From Cirrosporium novae-zelandiae (lineage: Eukaryota): a stretch of 64,000 bases of DNA. The translations under genes were made by a program, and so were the position numbers. Below, piece after piece: positions 12,340-24,457 of this stretch. The notes under the pieces are model-generated. The model did no database searches. It was not told the DNA's origin and saw only the letters and a program-made list of their open reading frames with translations. Positions within the stretch are counted from its first letter, which is position 1, and the number at the start of each line of letters is the position of its first letter. The DNA lies in NCBI GenBank assembly GCA_026023565.1, contig JAPETS010000037.1:1-64000 (forward strand). The letters run 5' to 3'.

Positions 12340-14440
12340 CTATCTCTCAATCCCCGTGAACACCCTCCCCCCTCTTCCCTGCCCCCCTTCCTCTCATCCT
12401 GCTCCTCCTCCCCCATACAAACCCCACAATATACCCCCCAAACCCCCAAACCCCCAAACCCCTCCTTCATTTCTCATCCGCACACCCTCTAAATAAAACC
12501 ATCTTCCATTAAAAATAAAAATGGATAGAAAGGGAAAGGGAAAGGGAAAGGGAAAGGGAAAGGGAAAAGGGGGGGGGAGTGGATAGGAGGGGATGTGTAT
12601 TGTGTGTACTAGGTGTGTGCGTGTGTGTGTATGTAGGAGTATGTAAAGAGGGCTGGAGTGTTAGAGTGTTCGTTGGCTGAGTATCTAGATAGGTATTTAT
12701 ATTATTTATTTATTTGAATTATTCTCCTAGAAAAAAGAGAAGCCGGAAATCTCACTCTCTTTCTCTCTTCTTCCCTTTCTCTTTTACTCTCTCCCTTTTC
12801 CCCCTCCCTTGGAATTTCTAGAAAGTACAACTCACAAGTCATCCACCAACCCGCTCGCTCATTCACTCGTGCATTTAAGTCATGAAATTTACGTCATGGA
12901 AAAAAAAGGGAGGTGGGATGGGGGGATATGTGTATGTGTATAATATTTAGGTATAGAATTCATAAGGAAAGGAAAGGAAGGGTTTAGACTTTCTTTTCCT
13001 GGGATTTTAGGATATTAGGATATTAGGACTTTAGTTCGATTTCAAGATGCATATATCTTTCTTTTTACCCCTACCTCTACCATTCCCCTCTCTACCATGC
13101 ATCTACCCCCGTTCTTCACTAACCCACAAAACCAAACCAACCCTACAAACTACACAAATCCCAAACCTATTAATACCCTAACCACTTAACCCGCATTCTC
13201 GATTATAAAACCGTGTATCCCACCGTCCTAGGTTTTCAAATTCCCAAGTTTCATCCTTTGTTTCATGTTTCATGTTTTAGCGCCCTGTACTACCCGAGGT
13301 ACTCCCTCCTCCCTTGTCCCTTGCTCCTTGCCCCTCCCCTTGCTTATAGCCGCGGTGGATGGACAGAGCGGGATTCTTGACTCTAGGACTCTGGGGATCT
13401 GGGGCTTCTGGGGGATTTGCATTTGGTGTTGATAATAGAGTATATGCAGGAGGGAGTTTGAGGGGTTTGAGGAATAGGAGTGAGGGTGAGGGTGAGGGTG
13501 CAGAGGTTTGATTTGATTTGATTTGGTTATTTGTGTCTTACCGCTACCACCACTGTCACCACTACCGCCACTGCCATAGCTACTGCAGCAAATAAGTCAG
13601 CAGGCCGGTAATTAGAGACCTGAAATCTGAGAAACAAAGAAAGAAACAAAGAAAGGGACAAAGGACAACCGATGGATTGGATATAAACAAACGTGGAGGT
13701 AAAATGAGGTTTTAGAATTCCTTGGTTACACTACACTCACTACACTACACGCATGCAAGTAAGTTGGTAAATGGACGTATGATTCACCCACGGGAAAGTC
13801 TTAGGGATAATGAAATTTGCTTTTTCAGGGGGGAATATATATTTCCTTTCTTGATGATAATTATTTTGTGTCTTGTTAGTATGATTTTTTTTTTTTTGAG
13901 GATTTTGATATTCAGGTGAGGTGTGTGGTTCGGGAATCAACATCAACAACACCAAGGTTGGCAAAATAGAAAAAAAAATAAGGGCATCACACTTTTATTT
14001 AAAGGAAAAAAAAAATGAGTGGTGTGTTGATTGATTAACTGAGATTGATGCCCTTACATTTCCCTAAGAAAAAGGACTCGGGGAGAATAATATTTTTATT
14101 TTTTTTATTATATCAACATCCTCATATCCTCACTTCTCACTTCTCACTTCAATCTTTCAATTCACTACCATCACCAACCAACCAAACAACCAACAATCCC
14201 CCCCCCTCTCTCTTTCATCAATATCCCCGAAACCAAAGTCGCTCCTTTCTTTCTAGAAACAGAAGAAGCAGAAGAAGCAGATAGGTAGATCAAAATATCT
14301 TAGCTGCGCGAAGACAACAAAGAAAGAGTAAGAGGGCACTGGAGCTTGTTCGGTCTTTTCTCGCACACACACGCTCTTTTACAAATTTTTAATCTTGGGG
14401 TTGGGTTTTGGTTTTGGTTTTGGTTTTGGTCTTGGATTTC
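12340..14440. repeat. Low-complexity intergenic tract with (AAAGGG)n at ~12528-12565, C-rich and G-rich runs, (TG)n and (TTTTGG)n at ~14395-14430
   Basis: Visible simple repeats and homopolymers; no credible ORF. Confidence 0.8.
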
Positions 14441-14527
14441 CTTGTTTTAGATCTCCAAAGGGGAATACCTAGGCTTTGCCTTTACTTGACCTTGGCCTTG
14501 ACTATCACTACCGTCATCACTATCATC

Positions 14528-15718
14528 ATGCATTCCCTCATTACCAATACCACCTTCCTTCTTGTTCTTTATCTTCCTCTTCTTCTTCTCAACCCATCCA
14601 CCGCGCTGGCGCACATGCAACTCCACTTCCCCCCAGCCCTCAAAGCCTCCAACAACCCCCACACGATCGGACACCCAAAAGTACCTCTCTACTTCCCCTT
14701 CGACTGCTGCGGCAAGAAAACCGTGTATCCATGTGGAGGACATTTGGACCTGCTTGGGACGTCAGAGGGGAAAAGCGTGATTAGCTGGGAGGCTGGTAGC
14801 ATTGCGAATTTTAGGTATGTTGGTTTTTTTGTGTATGTATGTGTGGGGGATTTCTTCTTCCCTTGAAGCGTTTAAAAGTGTTTAAGATGGGTGGTCGAAG
14901 GTTGCTGATATGGTTTTATGCTTCGGGTTTATTAGTCTGATTGGTGGGACCGGTAATCATTGGGGTGGTTCATGTCAGGTCGGGTTTTCGATAGACAATG
15001 GAACTACGTTTCGTGTCGCTACTTCGTATGAAGGCAACTGTCCTCATCGCAATGGTGGATGGACGAACCCGGAGGCACAGACATTCAATTTCACTATTCC
15101 GGCCGACTTGCCTGAAGGTAATGCTATTTTCGCTTGGTAGGTGGTCATTTTCTTTTATCGCCGTGGATACCCCCATTATGATTTTTTCTCTAGGCTTTGC
15201 GGGATTTGTTGACCGAAATGCAATTTCCTTCCCCCTCCTTCATTCAAGTTCAGGACGATTGCAATAGATACTCATGATAAAGTCCTGATAGGAATTGGTT
15301 TAACCGCGAGCAAGAATTCAATATGAACTGTGCTGTGGTTTCCATCAAATCACCGACTTCTGAACCGCTTAGCTACCCCTCTCTGTCACTGTCACTGTCG
15401 TCGCCATCTCCTCCTTCTTACCATTACCGTCGTGGCTGGCGCCGCCACAACCACACCTCCTCCCTCCATCTAGAGGCACCATGTTCTCGCAGTGCAGCTG
15501 CCGACCCTTCGCCTACATATTCTTCTCCAAGTACTATGGCATGGAAAGATAGGCCAGAGATGCTAGTCGCAGATATTGGAAATGGTTGTCTGACGCCACA
15601 CACAACAGCAGAAGTCAAGTATCCAAATCCTGGGCCAGATGTCGTTCCTGGAGATGGGGTATATCCACTCGTATTACCAACACCGGCGCAGGCTTGTGGA
15701 TACGTCGCGGGCTACTAG
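14528..15718 (+). CDS. Secreted AA11-like lytic polysaccharide monooxygenase-fold protein; exons 14528-14814, 14936-15136, 15292-15718
   Basis: Signal peptide ending STALA followed by His1 (HMQLHFPP); NHWGGSCQ (second His), SYEGNCP, FTIPADLPEG, FAWNWFNREQEFNMNCA, C-terminal P-MLVADIGNGC...VKYPNPG. Confidence 0.8.
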
Positions 15719-16538
15719 AGTTTGGGAACATACGATATCGAGGCTGGATAACTCTAAAGGTTCCTGTGACCTTTGTTGAGATATGATGGATTAATGAATC
15801 GATGATAGGATGATAACCGGAAATATGGGTTAAGGAGATCCGAGATCTTCTATGACATGTGGAGCATTCCTACGCTGGAAGTAGGACAGATACCCGTGTG
15901 CACTGAGTAGTTAATCATTAGTATTTTCTGCTTTAATGAATAGTCTAGTTCAATTGGTTTGTTCCGATAAAAAGGCAATTGGTAGGTTTGAATGTACTGT
16001 ACCTTTGTAGGGTGGTTGATAACGCTGTGGAGAAAACTAAGTCGCCAAGAGATGTCAGTAGCACGGCAGGCACTTTTCTTCTACTGAATGGGCTGGTTCG
16101 CTCGGGATTCATGTAGCATTAGACATACATGTCACATAACTTTCCATGGCCAAGGAACATTATTCTCAACTGGCAACGGCCGGATTTCATGTAAGCTCAA
16201 TATTTATTTGTCTTATCAAGAAAACAACATAATTAGTAAATTAATTGATGTCGATCCTGCTATATCTACCTGTTATCGGAGGTTTGCGCGCAAGCATATT
16301 TCCGATCAACGGACCGATCAAAATGATGTGATAGCTAATGAACTTCTGATGGTTCCTGTGATGCAGATTTGTAATTGCAGCTACAGTACCGCAGTAGGTA
16401 GCACGAAGCGGTCAACAGGCGCCTTGCGTACCTATATTTATCATCTACGGTACCTAGCAGCCATGGCCCTGATTGACTTGATTTGCCAGGCACCTACAAC
16501 CTGCCAAGGGCTTCATACCGTCGTCGTCTCCCTCTACC

Positions 16539-18206
16539 ATGGCCATTTTTCTACGCCTGCGAGCTCTCGGTGCCGTCGCTCTGGTGGGTTTGCTTGCTAC
16601 CTGTGTGGCTGCGGAAGACCCTGTCGTCACAGTCCTTAATGGTACTTACGAGGGTCTCTACCTACCACATTTTGACCAGGATATCTTCCTTGGGATTCCA
16701 TACGCGCAAGATACGGGTGGTTCTAATAGGTTTCGTGTGCCGCAGGCGCTGAATACCACCTGGAGCGGGGTGCGCGAAGTGAAGAGTTATGGTGATGCGT
16801 GTCCTGATATCAGTGAGGATGATATGGTATACGGCATGAGCGAAAACTGTCTCAGTATTAATATTATTCGGCCTGCCGGGTTGGATGCTTCGGCGAAGCT
16901 GCCGGTTCTCCTGTGGATTCATGGCGGAAGCTATCAGGTTGGCACATCGGGCCTGACGAACTACAACTTGACTTTCATTGTTGAGAAGTCCGTCGAGATC
17001 GGTAAGCCCATCATCGGGGCCAGCATCAATTATCGAAAGGGCGGTTGGGGAAATATGTATTCTCGTGAGATTCAGGGGACGGGGAATACGAATCTCGCGC
17101 TGAGGGATATGAGACAGGGGCTTGCTTGGATTTCGGAAAATATTGGTCCTTTTGGTGGAGATACAGATAAGGTTACTATTTGGGGGGAGTCGGCGGGTTC
17201 GTTTGCTGTGGGTCAGCTGCTGATGACTTATGGTGGCTGTACAGATGGGTTGTTCCATCGGTCTATTCAGGAAAGCGGAAGTGCGGCGACGGCTTGGTAT
17301 AATGGATCGGATTGGTATCAACCGAAGTATGATAGCCTTGTTGAGGGCGTCAACTGTTCAGATGCGATTGATACTCTGGAATGCCTCCGAACTGTCTCTT
17401 ATGAGGATATCTACCCATATCTTAATTCTTCTGTGGCAGGAGTTTTCTATCCCACTGTCGACGGTGACATAATGCCGGATTTTCCAACACAGCTACTTTC
17501 CCAAGGCCGCTTCGCTCACATTCCTCATCTCTACGGAACCAATTCGGATGAAGGAACTGCCAATGCGCCCGAGGGTATTGATACCGACGAGGAGCTTCTC
17601 GACTATGTTCTGAATCAGACAGGCTGGGGCTTCCCAGAGTGGGCAGCAACAGAAATCATGGAATTGTACCCTGATAACCCAGCGCTTGGAATCCCCTTGA
17701 ACACAGGCTCAGAACGATTCGCTTCCCATGGATGGCAGTACAAGCGCGCAGCAGCAATTACGGGTGATGTGTTTTATCACGGCCCTAGAATGGATGATGC
17801 TCGCCATTACTCCTCGTATGACCCAACATATATCTATCGCTTCAACACCCGACCATTCGAAAATTCAACGAACGCGACCTATACCGATTATGTTGGTTCT
17901 CTAAATGCTGATTATGAGGGAGTCGCACACTTCAGCGAAGTCGCCTTTGTCATGAACAACTGGGGTGATGTAGGCCCGTGGCCCGCCTATGAAGCATTGA
18001 GCGACCAAATGAGCAGCCAATGGATCAACTTTGTGGTTTCAGGCAACCCGAACGCGGATGGCCTGCCGACGTGGCCGAAGTACAGCGAAGGACCGAATGG
18101 ACTCAATCTGGTGTTGCAGGTCAATGGTAGCTATGTTGAAGAGGATACATATAGGTTAGAGGGGAGAAATTTCTTGAGTAAAATCGCGAGAAGGAGACAT
18201 GTGTAA
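16539..18206 (+). CDS. Secreted type-B carboxylesterase/lipase, intronless
   Basis: Signal peptide; FLGIPYA, SENCLSINI, WIHGGS, GESAG nucleophile, GTNSDEG acid, GVAHFSEV His. Confidence 0.95.
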   Translation: MAIFLRLRALGAVALVGLLATCVAAEDPVVTVLNGTYEGLYLPHFDQDIFLGIPYAQDTGGSNRFRVPQALNTTWSGVREVKSYGDACPDISEDDMVYGMSENCLSINIIRPAGLDASAKLPVLLWIHGGSYQVGTSGLTNYNLTFIVEKSVEIGKPIIGASINYRKGGWGNMYSREIQGTGNTNLALRDMRQGLAWISENIGPFGGDTDKVTIWGESAGSFAVGQLLMTYGGCTDGLFHRSIQESGSAATAWYNGSDWYQPKYDSLVEGVNCSDAIDTLECLRTVSYEDIYPYLNSSVAGVFYPTVDGDIMPDFPTQLLSQGRFAHIPHLYGTNSDEGTANAPEGIDTDEELLDYVLNQTGWGFPEWAATEIMELYPDNPALGIPLNTGSERFASHGWQYKRAAAITGDVFYHGPRMDDARHYSSYDPTYIYRFNTRPFENSTNATYTDYVGSLNADYEGVAHFSEVAFVMNNWGDVGPWPAYEALSDQMSSQWINFVVSGNPNADGLPTWPKYSEGPNGLNLVLQVNGSYVEEDTYRLEGRNFLSKIARRRHV

Positions 18207-19440
18207 TGAATTATTGGAATATCATCATTCAGCTTCTTCTTCTATAATGAAAACAAGGCTTGAATTAGTTGAAACTATGTATCAATTGAACGTATTGACC
18301 TCTTTCCTTCCCTAGCGAGATGTAATAATGTGGTCCAATTCCACCTGTGTTGAAATCTAGACACGATAGACTATGGGTTCATTAGGGAGCTCGCGAGTGT
18401 ATGTATGTAATGAATCAACAATTTATTTATATGATGCTAGTTCAATTGACTGAAATGTTATTAAATCTAAGCTTAGGCCATACCAACCCCCCGGCCCTTA
18501 ACACCAATACCAACGACCAACGAACAAAGGTCCCCAAGAGGCCCACGATCTACCACCAAAGTGCACCAAACACCACCTAAACCAAAACCAAAACCCTCCT
18601 ACCTACCCCCAGTATCCAAACCACTTAACCAGCTAATCACAACTCACCCATGCCCCCTATTCTCAAAAAATAAAGAAATAGAAAATGGTAAGGGATTTAA
18701 AGTACTATATAATTTCGTTTTTGATGGTTATATGGTTATTATAGGGTTAGTTTTGTTTGTTCGGGGGATATGGATGGATATGGATGTTTAGGGTGAGGGG
18801 GGGGGATTGGTTATTTATTTTTTGGGAGCATGTGGTTTGTTAGCCCCTGAGTGAAGAGGGCCTTTGGGGCGAACTGGGAACTGGGAATTAGGGGTTAAGT
18901 AACTTATATACTAATTAATTAATCTACCTACCCATTCTTATCTATCTTATATAAAGAAGGTGTTCGGTTCTCTCATCTCGACTTGTCAATAGAAAGATGA
19001 AAAAAAGTCAGCAAGCCATGTTAGCTAATTATTGGTATTTATTGCATTCCTGAATTAAATATATAGACTATATTTCCAAGAGGTAATGAAGTTGCCAGTA
19101 GAACCAAACAACGAGTGAGTCTGGTCTGTCTGCAGGTATGTATTCTCGCTATCTATTATTTAGAGAGAGAGAGAGAGTCATAGTAGATAAGATAAGATGG
19201 GTTTTTTAAAGAAATCTTTTGTAGTAGGAGCTGGTTTGTAAGGGAGGGGCTCCTCCTGGGCTAACTAACAACCCGTTACTTGATAGCTTTTCTGAAAGCC
19301 AAATAGCTAGCCAATGTTTGTGTGTCTGTGTGTGTGACAGTGACCAATCAATCTCTCCTGAACTCTTTTCCAACAAATCCCCATAAAAACTTAACCTAAG
19401 CTACCTACCTCACTTTGGTGGCAGTGGTGGTGCTTACAAG

Positions 19441-21738
19441 TTACAACATAGCTTGAAGTGATCCAGGCATACATGTCAACCTTGCCCGTTTCATATACGG
19501 GTTTATTTCCTTTCGACCATCCTTTCGAAACTGGCCTCGTCTGGGAACCAGAAACTCGTACGATAGGACTTGGCCGTCTAGGAGAATACGGAATTCGTAG
19601 TTAATCATGTAGTTTTCTTCGCCTGTGGTGGGGTTTGTGATGATAGTTAGTTTTGAGCGGTCGATGTCGGATATGTCGAGTTCTATGGAGCCCATTTTGG
19701 TGATGTCTAGCTCCGTTTAATTGTTAGTATAGTAAGGGGTCGGGGAGAGGCTGAAGAGTGATGCTCTCTCTCTTGTACGGTACGTACCTTGCGATTCATG
19801 GGATACAGAATCTCGATTTTCTGTGGATGAGCTGAACAATATCTCTTCACACACGATTTTTGTTTGATCCTTGCCGATAGGACGCCAACCACCTCGATGG
19901 ACAACCTCTTCATGGTTTCTCACCTTGTCACCGCATTTGAACAGCCAGTGCATGACACCAAGAGCCCATAACCCGCCAACCCATGGACTTTCTTTGGGTT
20001 TTATGTTGAGTGGTCCATGGATAGACTGGTCGTATGGTACGTCCCAGCAAACACCAAAGCTTGAACGGAGAATCCGGGTTTCGATTTCGTCGTTTTTCAC
20101 GAGCCGCAATATGGCGCCTGAAGAAATGATGGTCTGAGCGAGTTCGTCTGGGACGACGAGATCAATGTCATATCCTGCGATTGAGTCTGGGCTTGCGGTT
20201 GTCCGTAGGCCCTCCCTTATGGCGTGCTTGATGTGGGGATTGGCACTAAGTCCACCTACAAGGACTACTCTGCGAATATATCTGCTTTTGTCGTCCGTGT
20301 TTCGTGCATCAAAGAGGTTGATTTGCTGTTGGATCAATTCCAATATTTCTGCTACTACCTTGTCAAAACATTTCCTCACTATCGACCTAGAATAACAATT
20401 AGATGCGTTTTTCTATATTGAGCCTTGATTGCATACCGGTTGATTTCCACATAGCCATTTTTTATATAGGCATCCGCATTAAGACCCCTGGTTTTCCGCC
20501 TAAGTGGCTTCGACTTGATTCCATCAATAATGATCTTCAGGAATTCATCCTGGAGACTGTTCGCAGGACCATCCTCTGATGTTTCTGATCCTACAAATCC
20601 AAAGAATGTCTTCTTATCCTTGTCGAATTCTGCCGTGGCTTTATCAAGAATCTCGTTCCAAGTAGTCCCGGTGTCTGTCTCCAACTCCTTGGAGTGAGGG
20701 CTGAATATTTTCTGGAACGTCTGACGGAAGCATTCCGTGATAAACTCTGAACCGCAGAATCCACCTAAACAACATCAGTATAGTTTTGTCACATTTTCGC
20801 ATGGCTCGTTACCATTTCCTTGAACCTCTTCTAACATTCTTAGAGGCCGTAAACTACTCGCAACGAACGTGATCAAATCCTGTAGATTCCATTTCAGTGG
20901 GTTGTACTGCCAAGTTTAGGCATGAAGATACTCACGGCTGTACCTCCACCAAGATCAACGATGATGAATGGTTCATTGACCTGGAGTAGGTGTTAATCGT
21001 TTCCAATGGTTCCTGAAATTCCATACATACCTTCATTGCATGACCACTTCGTCGACCTTCCATTTCTTCCTGTATAGTTAGAACCGCAGCTGCTTCTGGT
21101 TCAGAAACGATACGAATGATAGGCTCGTTATCTGCAAGAAGATCAGGAATACTTTGTATGCCGGCATCGATCGCAGCCCGTTTGATGCCGTCAATCATCG
21201 ATGGTGACCACAATGCCGGTACGGTTATTGCAGTCTCAATTTCCCAATTGGGCGATGAGAATGCATTCTTCGACTCTTCCCACGTTTCTTGAATCTTTGG
21301 AACAGTATAGTCCCAGAGCTTCTTTAGGTAGATTCTGATTAGATCATTGACCGAATATGCTGGTATGGCTGGATCCCGAAGCTGTTTAAGAAGCGGCTGT
21401 CGCATTGGTTTAGTGTAAGGTGAATTATCAAGTCCAAGTTTGATAAACCTCATTCTCGACTCAGGGGAGACCATCCTTTTACGAATTGCACGCTTCACCT
21501 CATCACCCCATAGCCAGCGCTTCTTGTTAGCATCCCAAACTAGTTCTGTAGCGACATGGTTAGTTTTCTCAAACTTGATGCTCCGGATCTGCTTGAGACC
21601 AAAATTTTGTCTCATCTCTTGCGTCTCTTCTTCGGACCCAGAGACTTCACACCTTGCATAGGACACTGAAGAAAATGTAGTGCCTAAATCGATGGCGATG
21701 AAAAGCTTCCATTTCACCTTACGGCTAGAATGAGCCAT
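19441..21738 (-). CDS. Atypical Hsp70-like (HSPA12-type) actin-fold ATPase; 6 exons (21738-21031, 20980-20936, 20879-20813, 20764-20437, 20386-19788, 19706-19441)
   Basis: IAIDLGTTFSSVSY, ITVPALWS, VSEPEAAA, IVDLGGGTAD, GGFCGSEFI, VVLVGGLSANP; all five GT-AG introns restore the frame; no canonical substrate-binding lid or EEVD. Confidence 0.88.
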
Positions 21739-22491
21739 TGTGAGACTGGAGAGATTGTGCTATAAGGTTGATAGAATGAACCAGAGGAACTGGGACAGAG
21801 AACGGTTGTAGATGAATGAGCTACCTTTTAAGTATGTTTAAAGGATAGAGGAAAGTGAGAGAGAATATGAGGATGAGGAAGGGTGTGAGACGTTATTGAT
21901 TAGAGTCGGGTGAGTGATAGTGAGAGTGAAAGTGAGAATGAGAGTAAAAGTAATGAGGGATAGGCTGATTTGGATTCTTATTAAGGCATATATGGAATCT
22001 GGAGGAGTCTGGAATCCGGAGGAATATGTGCTAGGACTTTTGCTTTGATGAATTTATAAGTGAATAGATGAGATATAGCTCCGGGATAAAGAGATATGTT
22101 TGAATGAAGTATTAGGAAATTGAAGATTTGTATAAGGGGTTTAGAGTCGTCTACTTTAGTAGTTAGAACCTCCTTTTATGAAAGAAAAGAAGCTTTGAGA
22201 AAGTGTGCTGAGAAGGTGTACTGAGATGGGAGTATGCAATAGTTAAGAACTCATAGTAAGGTAAAGTGAATGTGCATTTGGCCTAGAGGTAAACAATGAT
22301 ATGAAAAAGGCCCAAAGATAAACTGGCAAGAAGACATTTCTTATCTGATTCTTTATAAGTCGCCTTTCATTTATTTTTCTCATAAACCCAGCTCACAATC
22401 CCCGACTCGAAGATTTCATCAAAGCTATCTCTTCTCAGTTTCAAGTCTTCTTCAAAAGTTCCTCATATATTAAGACTCAATTATCCTTGAG

Positions 22492-24156
22492 ATGTCATCC
22501 ATCGTGGGCATCAAGAAAAGGAAGTGGATGGGAAGCCATAATGATGAGATACTTGACTATATAGAAGAACGTAAAGGAATCAACAGTCCTTTTCTCGATA
22601 AAGATTCTACAGCCTGGAATGATATGGTTCAGCATTTCGCATCCAGATGGCCAGACATGAATATCGATCTCCCTATACTGAAATCGCGTCTTTCGACTAT
22701 GAAAAGAACTCGGAGATACGCTTCTGGCACGACTCAAGTGGGATTCCGGGACTTGTGGATTCGAGGAAGGGCCTTCTTTTCGGAACCGGCTAGTTCAGAA
22801 ATACCTACAGAACATCACCCGACACAAGGATTGGACACTTCTGTAGATATAGACAAAAATAGAAGAGAAAATCACTCATCACCTCAGCGCCGAAGGCTGA
22901 GTTCGGAGTCATCATATACTCCAACAGAGCCCGAGCTATCAGAAGTCAAGCTAGAAGGTATAATTCCAAAGCAATCTAGAACAGGTTATAAATTTCTGAA
23001 GTTTCTGAACAGGGAAAGGGCCAAATGTGCCAGATGTTTCTGTAAAAGAAACGATTGAGGCACCAAGACCGAAAATCAAATTAACTATCAAAAACCATCG
23101 ATCAGATTCTCAGCAATCCTCGAGTTTGAGCTCGCTTGGTGACCAAGAGATCCGAGAGCAGACCCGAGAGCAGACCCGAGAGCAGACCCAACAACCAGAC
23201 AGTAGCCTTGCTCCCAACGATAAAGGAAATCCATCTACTCAGCTTCATAACCGTATCGTCCAGTTGCTTGAAGGCGATCCGGACCGTTATTCGTTGATAA
23301 CAAGTGCTCTAAGAATGCGTTTGGTTGAATTACATAAAGATATCAAGAGTCTAATCCTAGAATTTCTTGACGGTATCTCTATGGAACCGACAAAAATCAT
23401 CCAGTTTCATCAGCATCTAGAAAATCCTAATTTTCTTGAGATTTGCCAGCAAACGTATGACATTATTAACCCTCAAGAGTTAGCAAGCAAAGCCCTTGAG
23501 TTGGAGCATTTATCGCCATTGAATATATGTGATTTCCTGAGAGCTTTGCTCGGTTCATGTATCACTAAATGGGTCTTCAAGTCTCTCGACGTCAATAAGT
23601 TAGAGAAAGAAAGTCTAAGAGAGCAGATACATTACCGTAAGCTCAAAGAAGGTACGCAGGAAATGTTCACAGCTTAAAGGATATCACTGACTGTGATTTA
23701 GTATCCCCTGAGCTATTTCATCTCTTGGACAAAGAGGTGAGCTATGAGTATATGGAGGCATTGCTTCAAAAACAGTCGCTTGACCTGGGACTCGCATTAA
23801 GGTTTATTGACGCAGTCGCTCCATTGACTACCATGTTATGCAGACAAGGTAGAACACGTTCACAATCACCCCAAGATGTTAGAGAGACCTTGACAAAATG
23901 GCGGACGTCATTGCAAACGGTATTCAGAAGGAGCATTAAGTTTCTCATGGATATCGATCGTGATACTCAAGAGTACGAATTCGTATGGGTCGAGGCAGAT
24001 TCAGAATTTGAGAGTGGGTCTATGAAAATGGTGATATCAAAGAAACTAGCATTCAAGGATCCAAATATGAGAGTTCATGTGGCGTGTTTTCCGGGTCTCA
24101 AAAAAAGAGGTGAAGCCAGTGGATTTGTATCGCCAGCTATTGTTTTTTGCCTGTGA
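22492..24156 (+). CDS. Hypothetical protein: N-terminal Myb/SANT-like domain, disordered linker, helical region, C-terminal GrpE-like beta motif; exons 22492-22957, 23013-23651, 23702-24156
   Basis: Three ORFs join in frame via GTATAA..CAG and GTACGC..TAG; N-term W..SHNDEILDYI...AWNDMVQHF...LKSRLSTMKR; C-term YEFVW...SEFESGSM...VHVACFPGLKKRG...VSPAIVFCL. Domain calls by eye. Confidence 0.7.
23152..23189 (+). repeat. 12-bp coding tandem repeat (CCGAGAGCAGAC)x3 encoding REQT
   Basis: ccgagagcagacccgagagcagacccgagagcagaccc. Confidence 0.9.
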
Positions 24157-24367
24157 AACAAGATGGTATGAAGATTCTTAGTCGTTCTAATGTTTATGAG
24201 AATCTTGAAATACCTTTTTGAAAAAATATTTGACTCGAATGACCAAAGTAATAGCGAAGTGCTTTTAGATTGTATCATTGTATGCTGGAACTCCTGGTAA
24301 TCGAAGTAAATTAAAGTTATAACTTATTAATGACTGACTAATGAATATTAGTATATCCACGTGCTTT

Positions 24368-24377
24368 CGCGTCGCGT
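24368..24377. promoter_or_regulatory. Tandem MCB-like elements (CGCGTCGCGT), next to a CACGTG E-box, upstream of RDH54
   Basis: Two ACGCG cores on the reverse strand about 80 bp upstream of the ATG of a DNA-repair gene. Confidence 0.55.
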
Positions 24378-24457
24378 TTTCCAGACACGACTTCTTGTCT
24401 TCGTTAATCAGTACTCATTGATCTCAGAGCTTGTGTTCTGAACCTACTCAGCTTGGG

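Noticed and set aside
12420..13180. Telomere-like C/A-rich repeats or telomerase RNA template
   Set aside because: No regular TTAGGG array or 1.5-repeat template seen; ordinary low-complexity DNA.
16088..16639. 183-aa ORF overlapping the carboxylesterase start
   Set aside because: No family motifs; it covers the promoter/5' UTR and overlaps a real gene out of frame.
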